DNA of 63,910 nucleotides, counting the filler, from Cercozoa sp. M6MM (Eukaryota; Protista; Endomyxa: Ascetosporea), in the NCBI GenBank assembly GCA_040357565.1. It is 6 parts of 6 records of this genome, joined end to end, with 100 filler letters (N's around TTAATTAATTAA, not from the genome) between each part and the next. Parts side by side here need not be neighbours in the genome. Positions count along the whole stretch, not along the records: positions 28,472 to 33,231 come from JBDODJ010001058.1; positions 33,332 to 55,716 come from JBDODJ010000184.1; 4 more parts are not named here. One strand, 5' to 3'. The notes under the pieces were generated by a model. The model worked only from the letters and a program-made list of their open reading frames with translations. It was not told the DNA's origin and ran no database searches. Of the stretch, positions 30,201 to 41,206 are shown one piece after another. Each line of letters starts with the position of its first letter. Within the stretch, counting starts at the first letter, position 1. Position numbers and translations under genes: made by a program.

Positions 30201-30994
30201 AACAGATTTTGGTCTCCTCTAAATTGGTAGATAGATATGCTTATAGATGTAGTACGCAACTGCGATCGTGAGTGACAGGACACATGGATTCTCGCAGGTA
30301 CTATCTCGCTGCACACATGCCTAGGTAGACCCCTCATGCATCATGCAGCCCCAAAGTACAGAAGACGCCGACAACAAGTCCAGCTCGCTCTCAGCACTGC
30401 CGGTGGAGACTTCATTGTCCCGTGCGTACAGGTACACCTGCTGAATCTGCAGCACACATCCCCGACGTGTACAGTATGCAAAGGTACAGGACTGCATACC
30501 TGAGTCAACACACGTTCGGTCTCGGAGACAGGCCTAGGCCCGCCAGCGAATCCGTGCTCGCACTCATCTTGATTGAATTGGCGGCGGTCGGAGAAATCCA
30601 GGGAGCCGACGCCCTCGGCAAGGGTCTGGTTGCCCGACACCAGTGCTGCCGCAAGTATCGATAAGAGTAGTCCTGTTGAGGATTAAAACAGACAGACACA
30701 CCCAAGTGCAAACGAGGCTGGTTGAGGATTAAACGCAAGCCACATAGCTTATCTTTCACCACTTTCACCTTTCGTTGCACTAATTTAGACAGTCCAAAGC
30801 CGAATAAACAGTGCTTTTTCATTTTTCCGTCCAAGACTGAGTTTACCCATGCCAGTTTCTGGATCCAGAACCGCGAGCGCGAGTGAAGCCTTCTCTGGGT
30901 AGGCATCTCCCTTGCGCATGCCCTGAATCTCCATTTGCCACTGCTTCGCAGACGTTGGGTCGACGCCGGCGCGGCGAATCGATCGTAAAAACAT
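28500..30994 (-). CDS. Hypothetical multi-exon protein, 3'-truncated
   Basis: MFLRSIRRAG... followed by in-phase GT-AG exons (VQRKVKVV..., GLLLSILAAALV..., IQQVYLYA...); introns with C-rich and TA repeats. Confidence 0.55.
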
Positions 30995-31382
30995 CCCCTA
31001 ATTTAATGAGTCACAGTTTCGCAAAACCGATTGCAAAAACTGGTCCCTGTCAAACTGCCGAGGGTTTCGCAACGACTACAAGACCGTTGCTAGCGACCGA
31101 AAGCCTGAGATTTAAGCGAGTTTGCGCATGGGTATTCGTTCGGACTTTCACCGCTCGCGCAGACGCTGGACGGTTCGTGCCACTGGGCGAGAACAAAATG
31201 ATCTCCATTTCTGCTGAGCACTGTTCATTTCAGAGTGCATCTGCGTGTGCAGCACAGTGCTTTTTAAACGTCTGACACACTGGTATGCCACAGATGCACG
31301 TCGATGCACTGATCTGCCAGTTGGTTGTTGCATTCTTCACCATATCTGTTTTCTTATTTTCGCTTCAGTTGGTCGAGCCAGC

Positions 31383-32971
31383 ATGGGCCGCTGGCGTGCC
31401 TCGGAGGAGAGCGAAGACTCTCGTCTTCTGTGGACTGTGCTGGGGGATGTACGTTTAGATTCGAGCAGTTGTTTCCGTTGATACATTTCTTTTGTTTTTG
31501 TGTTTAAAGAATGACGCGCTCCGTCTGGTGTACTCTCGCGCGGCCGTAACGCTCTCATTCTGCCTGACTCGTCCCGTGGACGTTGTTTTGGTGTTTTGGG
31601 CAGAGTGTCAAGTCTCTGGCGCAGCAACTGGTCGGCAATGCCGAGTCGCTTTTGGCGACTTTGGCGCCCGATCGCTCTGTTGGTATTTGCTGGAGTTGTG
31701 CTGGATTCTTACCCCCAACCCTTTCCTTCACGCCTTTACTCCTCCCTTTCCCTTTATCCTGTTTACTCATTTACCTCCTTCTTTTACTCCCCCCGTTATA
31801 CCCCCTCCCCAGAGATGACGCGCACGAGACGAGACACGTTGAGTCACACGATAACATCGATGACGCTGCATGGCGGTACTATTTCTATTCCAAGTGGACA
31901 GTCCAAAAATAGCCACATGCACACCTCGGAGCTTTTGTTTAAAGGTGCGCAAGACGATGGCGACGCCGATGTCGCCGGCGTTCTGCTGGCGCCTTCTGTT
32001 GGTACGGGGGAGGGAGGGAGGGTGTAAGGGGGCTAAAAGGGGTGTAAAAGGGTGAGTAAGAGGTAAAGGAGGGGCATAGGGGAGGGGTAAACTCATGTGT
32101 CTGCACAGAGGCGAACTTCTCGTGCGCCTGGTCGAACGCCGCCGGCATGCTGGCCGCCACACGCGATGTAACACCTTCCTTGGGGGGTTATTAAAGGGGT
32201 TAAAGGGGGTTCAAGGTATTGATGGAGGGTAAAAGAGTAAGGGGGTAGGGGGATAAAGCTTATCACCTGCAGATCCAGCGCGAGGTGGTCACAGCAGGAA
32301 CTCGTGTGACGTCGATGGCACAGGAAGTGCTCGCACTCGTGCACAACGCCGCACAGAGGTAGCTCGTGGGGTAAAAGGGTAAAGGGGGTATAGGGGTTAA
32401 AGGGGAGGAAAGAATGTAACGGAGGTATAAGGGGGTAAAGGGGGGGGGGGTAAAACTTCTTTGTTGCTGCAGTTGGAAGCAGTGGCAGGCCGCAGACAAA
32501 AAGTTTCAAAATGTACCTTTTTGTTATTTTTCTTGTGTGTGTTTTTGTTGTTGTTGGTTTTTGTTGTTTTTCGTTGTTGTTTTCGCTGTTTGTTCTTTCT
32601 ATTCCGAAAACAACAAAATTCTGACAGTTGCAACTGCAATCGCAAACGTTGGCTGATGACATCACTGACGTCGGTACCTTCTTTTACCCCTCCTGCCCCT
32701 CCTTACCTTCCTTTGCCTGGTAGGTGGCGATGAAACGCACCGCAAACAGCTCGAAATTCTCATGTATTTGCCGACCCCACACCCCATTATGCCCCTCTTA
32801 CCCCATTTTACACCCCCCCAGTTAAGAAGTTACGCGTGTCGAGACGTTCCTGCGCACTCGCCGACATTTTGTCCATGTTGTTGCGCCTGCAGAAAATGAA
32901 GGTTTACCCCCTTTTACCCCCTTTTACCCCTTTACCAGCGACGTCGTTCGTCGTCGCAGTAGACGAGTTGG
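31383..32971 (+). CDS. Hypothetical multi-exon protein, 3'-truncated at a fold-back contig end
   Basis: MGRWRASEESEDSRLLWTVLGD|NDALRL... with about 11 short exons separated by C-rich or G-rich GT-AG introns. Confidence 0.5.
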
Positions 32972-33231
32972 TTCCTGAACAGGGGAGTAAAGGTAGGGGT
33001 AAAGGTAGGAGCAAAGGTAGGAGATAAGGGGTAAGAGGGGGTAAAAGGGGGTAAACCTTCATTTTCTGCAGGCGCAACAACATGGACAAAATGTCGGCGA
33101 GTGCGCAGGAACGTCTCGACACGCGTAACTTCTTAACTGGGGGGGTGTAAAATGGGGTAAGAGGGGCATAATGGGGTGTGGGGTCGGCAAATACATGAGA
33201 ATTTCGAGCTGTTTGCGGTGCGTTTCATCGC
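32728..33231. repeat. About 195-bp perfect inverted duplication (about 32728-32922 vs about 33038-33231)
   Basis: The right arm is the exact reverse complement of the left; the ORF track shows the same peptide on both strands. Confidence 0.95.
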
Positions 33232-33396
33232 NNNNNNNNNNNNNNNNNNNNNNNNNNNNNNNNNNNNNNNNNNNNTTAATTAATTAANNNNNNNNNNNNN
33301 NNNNNNNNNNNNNNNNNNNNNNNNNNNNNNNCCCCCTGTTATCTCTCTTTAACTCCCCCCTTACCCCCTTTACCCCTTGTTATCCCCTCGCCGCAG

Positions 33397-34748
33397 GGAT
33401 TCGAGCTCTTCCTGGCCAAGAGTTTCTGCTCGGAGAACCTGCAGTAAGTTCTTCATGTGTGATCACACTGTGAGTGACCCTTGTGGCTATCTAAGTGACC
33501 GCTTAAAGTGACCACTCTGAGTGACCACTCTGAGTGACCACTCTGAGTGACCCACGTGTGTCTGTGTGTCTGAAGGTTCTACGACGCAGTGACGGAGTTT
33601 TTGAGTCGGTCGCGTCAGCAGCAGTCACTGCCGGGTGCGTTTCTTACCTCCTGTCCCCTTAACTCCCTTCTCCCTTAACCTCCTTAACCCTTATCGCCAT
33701 ACCTTGTACAGACGCACTGGCGCTGATCGAGCGCTTCGTGCGGCCCAACACCGCAGAGTTGGTAGGGCAGTTCTACCCCCCCCCCCCCCGTTGACCCTAT
33801 CTTACCCTGTTTACCCCTCTTACCCTGTTTACCCTCTCTTACCCTGTTACCCCTCCCCAGGAGGTCAACCTGCCGTCGCATATGATCACTGATTTGGTGC
33901 GTGAGGCCGATGCCTCCAATCTCGAGGGACTGCTGGTACTCGGCTTGCTTACTCGCTACCCTTCCCTCCTACCCCCTTACCCCCTTAACCCTCCCCTGTC
34001 GCAGGAGTTGCTGCCGCGTGCGCGCACCGAGATTCGCGATCTGATGAACACAGACAGTTTCAAGTCCTTCCGTCAGTCCACGGTATATATATATATATAT
34101 ATATAGATGTGTGTATGTATGTATGTATGTATGTTTTTATGTATGTATGTATGTATGTATGTATGTATGTATGGATGTATGTATGTATGTATGTATGTAT
34201 GGATGTATAGATGTATAGATGTATGAGTATGCATGCGTATGTATGATGTATGTGTATGTATGTATGTATGTACGTATTTGTATCGGTATCATGTATGTTG
34301 ATATACATATTTATTATACACACGCGTATCTATGTACATTTTTGTACGTGTTACAGACCTACAAACGAGCCCTACAGCGCATGGTGCTCAAGCGTCGCTT
34401 TGGCATGCAGGTGCTTTGCCTCATACCTAGGGAGAGGGGTGGGGGTGAGGGTAAAGGAAGGGTTAAAGGAGGGAGCTCAACACCTTGATGGCTGCAGTAC
34501 TACCGCGGTCGCTACACACCCGACATCGACGCGCTGCTGCCGCTGGACGGCGACAAGAGTGTAGCATACATATACACACACATACATATCTACACATGCA
34601 CACATAGAACGCATGTATATATATATATGTTATATGTAAAATGGTATGGCCATGTGTGATGCAGGCACCGGTGGACGCGTACTTCACGATCGTACCGGCG
34701 CCGGGCTACAGCTACACGAGTCGCCATCGTGACAGGAGCGACTCCTGA
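33397..34748 (+). CDS. RGS (regulator of G-protein signalling) domain protein, 3' part, 8 exons
   Basis: Spliced: GFELFLAKSFCSENLQFYDAV...IERFVRPNTAELEVNLPS...ARTEIRDLMNTDSFKSFRQS, which carries the canonical RGS motifs (SENL.F, EVNL, LM..DSF..F..S). Confidence 0.9.
33507..33552. repeat. 13-bp tandem repeat (GAGTGACCACTCT)x3+ in an intron
   Basis: Visible directly; the unit is partly self-complementary. Confidence 0.85.
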
Positions 34749-35028
34749 GTTCTTCTGTTGGCAGCATCACGGCACATGTTGAGACAATGAGGCCCGATGC
34801 ATGCGCAGACCGTGCGACGTTATACGTATCTCCTTTACCATAAATTTAAGCGTCCCGGCAACTGAAGCGAAGTGTGAAGTTTTAATGCAATTGTAATTTA
34901 CATTAGGTTATTTGTTAACTGACGTGAGTTTTACGGTTGTTAGCTTAAAACTACATCGGTGTATATGGACCTGCGACTGTACACACAGGAGACTGCCCCG
35001 ACACGATAGAGTCCGGTTCAAACATAAA

Positions 35029-35743
35029 CTAAGTCGACTCTGGAGGCACACGGGACACACGCACACGTCCGTTTTCGTCGACGCGCGCTTGGAGGCCCTA
35101 TGGCAAACATAGCGGCAAAACATAACTTCGCCCTCCACCCCCCCCCTCCCCCCGTGAATTAAAAGAGTGGGCAATTACCATTTCTCGCAGTTCGTCCTCG
35201 TTGGCCACACTGCCTGGAATCTGCAGTAGGAAACAGGCGTTTCAGCAAGCCAACAAGGCAAACAAGAAGGGCAGATGAACACACAATCTGCAAGTCCGAG
35301 AGTCGCTGTCGAATGGCAGCACTGCGGAACGTAAGGTTTCGCACCGCCAGCATGGCCCACTCGCGGCACGTGAAGTTGTGCGCGTCCATTCGACCCTGCT
35401 CCAGCACGGTCTCCAGCAGACGCGGCGTGTGCTGGCGACACGACAAAGTTCCAGCCAGAGATGGACACAGATACAGAAGTATCATGTGCGTATGCATACC
35501 AAGAAGGCCTCCTCGGCAGCCTCGCAGAAGGTGAGATTGGCCAGAATGCGCACACAAAGTGTTCGCAGGCCAGGCGGCGAGTTGCGTACTAAACGGACAC
35601 AAGTACGAGCGTCTGTAGCTCAACACAAAGAGTACCCTCGTTCGACTTGGGTCCGTTGGAAGCTCCAAGCGAAGGTTCCGGCACTGCACAAGTTCAAAGT
35701 GCGTTTCAGGGACTAAGCCAGTCGACTAGAAATTTCCGCTTTC

Positions 35744-35792
<49 letters not shown>

Positions 35793-35892
35793 NNNNNNNN
35801 NNNNNNNNNNNNNNNNNNNNNNNNNNNNNNNNNNNNNNNNNNNNNNNNNNNNNNNNNNNNNNNNNNNNNNNNNNNNNNNNNNNNNNNNNNNN

Positions 35893-35943
<51 letters not shown>

Positions 35944-37439
35944 AATCCAGGGCAGCCACCTGGCGCGTCAAATCGCCCTGGTTCAAAACAGACAAACTTG
36001 AGTGCGTCTGGGTATCGGGATAAAAAATACAGTACCACAGAGGCACAAAGGTGTGGCGCATGCGCCAGGAGGTACTCCGAGTTGTCCTCTACAAGAACAT
36101 GCGCACACGGTCTCCTTATCAAAACTCTCCCTTCAAGACCCAAAGTACGGTGTGAGGTGCAATCGGCCAGAGTGTTCAACGAAGCGAACAGCGCCTCCAG
36201 CATCATGTGCTTGTCCTCTACAGTAGAGCATTAAGAACCGAAAAAGAACAACGTTCAGAAGAAACACCGTCAGCGGTGGCGACTTGCTGCAGGTCCAGCA
36301 GACGTAATACATCGACACAGAACACTAAGTTCGACTTATTGATCTTCTCATCCTGCCGCCAACAACAAGATCAGCACAGTAAACAAGACAGAGTGAAGCA
36401 GAGTTAAAATAAAGGCACTCTGGCCACGCGTTCGACCAACTGAAGCAACGAGAGTCGTGGCACCGTCATGAAGCTTCCCACTGCACACACATGAGTTCAT
36501 ATTCATATATATATATATTAAAAAAATATATATATAAAGATGCATAGACAGGAGAGAGAATACGGCAAAACTCACAGCTCTGGTAGACGTCGACTCGATC
36601 AATATCGACGCACGGCGGCATACCGCAGAACACACGCGACAGTGTTCCTTCCGAGGACTCTTCTTCAGTATTAGTCGTGTCACAGCACACGTGCCGCACG
36701 ATACGGTGCGTCCACTCGAGAAGTTCCTGCTCGTCCCGTCTACAGGCAGCGGCATTACTGTCTAGATACGTGTGCATGCACATACTTAGTGGAAAAAGTA
36801 CTCATCATCGAAGGCTTCGTGCAGACGCAGCAGCAGACAGTGCAGAACACGTCCGCCAAAGTCAGCGAAGTCGACACTCCTTGCGGCACTTTGCCTCTGC
36901 TCAATCAGACAAAAAGGTACACGGGATTTAAAGAAGACATAAAGAAAGAGAAAAGTAATTCAAAGAGTAAAGCTGAGTTGTGTTACAATCGAGTTGTACA
37001 CGAGCACAGCGAGTGCAATCAGCAGACGCGGTGCTGTGTGCCCACGCTCACACAGCGACACGAACTCTGCCGACTGTATCGTTGGCCACACTGTCTCAAG
37101 CACACGTTAAAAAATGACTTGGACGTTTAACACAAGCTAAAAGGTACCAAGACTCGCGAATTCGTCATTGGCGCGAGTCACGCTGTTCGCAAGCACCTGC
37201 GTCAGCACTGTCAGCAGGCGACTCGTCTCGCGGTCTGTCGCATGTGTTCGATCCATCCAGCACTCCAGTAAACCTTCTGTTTCGATCAGCTTTCGTACCC
37301 TCCTGACAGCCTGCATGTAGTACCCATCACAGCACCAACGACAGCGAAAACGAGGACATACCAGGTCTGACTGGGCACAACGTGAGCGCAGATCGCGAAG
37401 ACGCGCCAGCGCCAACACACCTTCTCCCAGAATTACCAT
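35029..37439 (-). CDS. ATXN10: Ataxin-10 homolog (ARM-type), multi-exon
   Basis: C-terminal PGLRTLCVRILANLT...VLEQGRMDAHNFTCREWAMLAVRNLT...IRQRLSDLQ...ELREMGLQARVDENGRVRV matches the Ataxin-10 homology domain. Confidence 0.8.
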
Positions 37440-37633
37440 TAACGCGTGCTCAGCGCTGTGCTACTACTATCACGCTTCTTTAAAGACGCGTCCGTGGTCT
37501 AAAACGGTTGTAAACAAGACCCAAGATGTGGCTCCATTCGAAAAACTAAAACAAAATTTCTCCTGGTCGTTTGTCGTTTGATTTTGCTGTTACTGCAAAA
37601 TTAGTGTCATATACATCATATACAGTAGAATAA

Positions 37634-38257
37634 ATGCTTCGTGCAACTGTCAAGGTACTTTTTCCAAGCTTCAGACCAGCCAAGGAAGTTCTGCGCGTCC
37701 CTTTTTTGTGTTTTCAACAGCAAGTCCCCATCGTCTCACGACGGCGGGGAGGGCTTCGCTGTGTACACACAATACCTCTTGTACACGAACTTTCTCACAT
37801 CCTTCCGCTTTCGTGTGCTTGCTCTGACTAAACCCATTTGTTCAGGGCAGCCGAGATTTTCGCACCGCGATACGTTTTTTAGGAGAATTCTCCAAAAACC
37901 TGGTACAGTCACTTCACAGCGTTTCCACCTTCGAATATCATACTTGCCGTGCAGTCACCTGCCCATCGTTTCTGGCTGTGCGCGTTCGGATTCGGAATAG
38001 GCGTCGATTGGCTACATCTCGACTACAATTTGGTAACATATTATTTTTTCGATAAGCGTTTTTTCACAACCATACTCGCATTGCCCCTGGTTCTTGTAGC
38101 GGGAAAATGAGATAAAGCTTTTCTATGATCTCGAAGAAAAGCGCTTGGCGCACCTCAGGCAAGAGGCCGTTGCCTACAGTGGTCGTGTGCTCATTCTGCA
38201 CGCCGCTCCGAAGGTCACCTTCTGTGGTGATGAGGAGGTGCGTCTCCACCGTGACCC

Positions 38258-38304
<47 letters not shown>

Positions 38305-38404
38305 NNNNNNNNNNNNNNNNNNNNNNNNNNNNNNNNNNNNNNNNNNNNNNNNNNNNNNNNNNNNNNNNNNNNNNNNNNNNNNNNNNNNNNNNNNNNNNNN
38401 NNNN

Positions 38405-38470
<66 letters not shown>

Positions 38471-38675
38471 GTGTACCGCAATTAAACAACACAACATGTA
38501 TCCTAGTGTTCCGTTGTAGTGCAAGCGGCACGCCGCCGCTGTCGAAGAGGTGGCCTGCCGTCCCAAGGACGGCTATAAATTTATTTGCGATGCGCACGCT
38601 GAGGTACAAAAACTTAAAGCGAGTGCTGTGTTGATCATGTACTTAAGCTTGTTGCAGGCGACACGTCCAGAGTAG
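37634..38675 (+). CDS. Small hypothetical protein, possibly mitochondrial; about 7 exons
   Basis: MLRATVK|...GSRDFRTAIRFLGEFSKNL|SPAHRFWLCAFGFGIGVDWLHLDYNL|RENEIKLF...|CKRH...|ATRPE*; the later exons are all in phase 0. Confidence 0.55.
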
Positions 38676-38933
38676 GCCAATTGCACGGGATATGTCAATC
38701 CCTGACCCCATGGCCTTCAAAACAATACACATAAACAACTAAAACAATACACACGACGTAAACAACTAAAACAATTCACAATAACCAACTAAACTTAAAC
38801 AAAGTGGCTCCGAGCGCTTTCAGTTCGTGATCTTATAAGAAGCGATTCTGTTTTCCTCCGCTAGTCTGTGACGAAGGGGTGCGGGTAACAAAGGAACCGA
38901 CATCAATGTTTCGAACTCCGTTCACTTTTATTC

Positions 38934-39001
38934 GAGAAACATGGCATACCTGAGAAACATGGCATCCCTGAGAAACATGGCACACCTGAGAAACATGGCA
39001 T
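38934..39001. repeat. 18-bp tandem repeat (GAGAAACATGGCAYMCCT) x about 4
   Basis: Visible directly. Confidence 0.9.
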
Positions 39002-40110
39002 AGATATGAGAGAGATTGGAATAGAAACCTATGCGAGTGATGACAACAATGACAACGATCGTCACATCGATGAGATAGAAAAACCCGACATGAGGGAAAT
39101 AGGCCTAGAAGCATACATGATAGACCAAGAGGAAATCCAGGAACCGGAGACAGGACAGAATAGAATAAAAGAACTGCACGAACGCGCAGAAAAAGAGTTA
39201 AGCACAGGTGCACCGCAAGACGCACACTCAACGGGGCAAAGATACTACATGCCTTCAGGCGGGCAAAGATCGGGGCCCTACCACGCTGAAAGAAGTACGA
39301 AACCACACATCCTACACCAAAACTATTGAGCAGCATATACTGCCTCACCCGAAGAAAGGTCAGGCATTGTCTGCTTCAATGAAACCAGACACAACAACCC
39401 ACCGCAAAGACTAAACGACTACACTGGTCGCCTCCATCGCCCCAAAACTGTCCAAAGAAGACAACAAGACACTCCGAGAAGGCACACTCATATACAGCAA
39501 ACACAAAGCACTGCTACACATTGTTGGTGTCTGGAACCCAGCAACATCCTCATACATCCACCTCAGAGTGGGACAACATAGGAGAACGAGATTCCATCTA
39601 TGGTACGCGTAAACTTACATCCACCCAACCGACAGAAACTGCAAGGAACAAATGCAGCAACTGACAACTGACTTCAAGGAATTCCCTGCAGAACACAGGA
39701 GCCTGGTATCATTCTTGGCGACCTTAATGCAAAACACGCCAAGTGGTGTGCACATACCGGAGATCAAGCTGGCTACTACTCCCAAACTTACAGCGAGAAC
39801 CACATCAGCGCGGGCGAACAAGCAAGGCATTAAGAAGCAATAACTGAAAATGACTGGGAAATACTCAACAAGTGCACTCCAACTCACAGCTACAGAGTTC
39901 GAGGAGAGGCAAGGCCAAGCCCAGAACAACGATAGACCTCGCGATAGCTGACAGTGTCATCTTAGGATAATCTACAATATCGATTACGATCATCTGCGTC
40001 TGGTGTAGCTCCTCGCTGAAACAAACAGGAACTGAACAAGCAACACACCTGCAATTTATAAAAGGGCATTCGACGGTCGCCGCAAGGAAAACAACGCGCG
40101 TCTGTGTACT
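39000..40110 (+). mobile_element. Degenerate non-LTR retrotransposon remnant (APE-like endonuclease domain)
   Basis: A-rich, intronless. Motifs in order but in shifting frames: HILHQN, GIVCFNET (about 39363), GIILGDLNAKHAKW (about 39706), TTIDLAIA (about 39925), DYDH; with stops and frameshifts. Confidence 0.8.
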
Positions 40111-40458
40111 GTACAGTACAGGACGCACACAACTATATAGTTTGGCTATTTGATCGAGCGATCATGCTGCAGGTCTCAACTTGCAAGGAATTGGGAATTG
40201 TGTCCTGAAGAATATTGTACGAAGCAACATACTCGTTGTCTCTTACCAGAGTATGTTGCTACCTATACGAGAGGGCCAGTTTAGGTTTTCGTTCGCTCCA
40301 GATGACCAGCAAAAGAAAGCGCTGTGTTAGTTAAGGCCGCGTTGTCCACAGGCGGTACAGTACATACAGTACAGTGCAGTGTTAATTTGACACCCCGGTT
40401 CTGAGCCTAGTAAACACAGCCGCAGGTGCTGCGTTGGACTCAATTATCTCTTGTCGAG

Positions 40459-41169
40459 ATGCAGAGAAGTCATCGCGCTCTCGCGAGATTGCGCCTGCCC
40501 CAAGTAGAATAAAATAATGAGGCACGATCGGTGCAGGCACTATTTTGCCGTATGTATCTGTGCGCAGAGGGCACTGCTGTCGGTGTTGGAGGAAACTCCG
40601 ACAGAGGCCAAGTGGCGGCAGCAGCATCAGCGCGTACAGGCCGAAGCGGAACAGCGCTTCGATGCTGAGGCCGGCACTTCGCGCACTGCGTCGGGCAAGC
40701 TTGGTAAAGTCTGCTGTCCCTGTCTGTCCTGTCTGGCTCTCTGTATGTTTATGGGGACGGTCCATTTGTCCGGCAGAAAAGTGGCTCGATCGCAATGCCA
40801 CAACGATGCCGCGCAAGCAAGCGCGAATGCCGCCGATGCCGGCCAATGTGCCCACCGAGGTACGGCGTACATGTATCTGATATATAGATATGGATTTATA
40901 TTTATGTGTCGATCTTCTACACACTTCTTTGTTGCTTTGTAGGCGGCCGAACTGCACAGGTTAGCACGTGCGGATGACTACCTGGGTTAGTAGACCTTTT
41001 GCATATACCCTATGCCATCCACTACACCCTGTACCCCTGTATCCCTGTACTCTGTATACCCTGTACAACAACACTTACCCCGCACCCTTAAATAGGTGCA
41101 CTGGCTGCCATGCGAAAAATGGTGGCTGCTGGTCGACAGGTATCTGTGGAAATCATATGCATACATATC

Positions 41170-41206
<37 letters not shown>

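Noticed and set aside
33507-33552. Short tandem arrays (also about 38934, 42476 and 46054) as CRISPR-like
   Set aside because: No spacers and eukaryotic context; simple minisatellites
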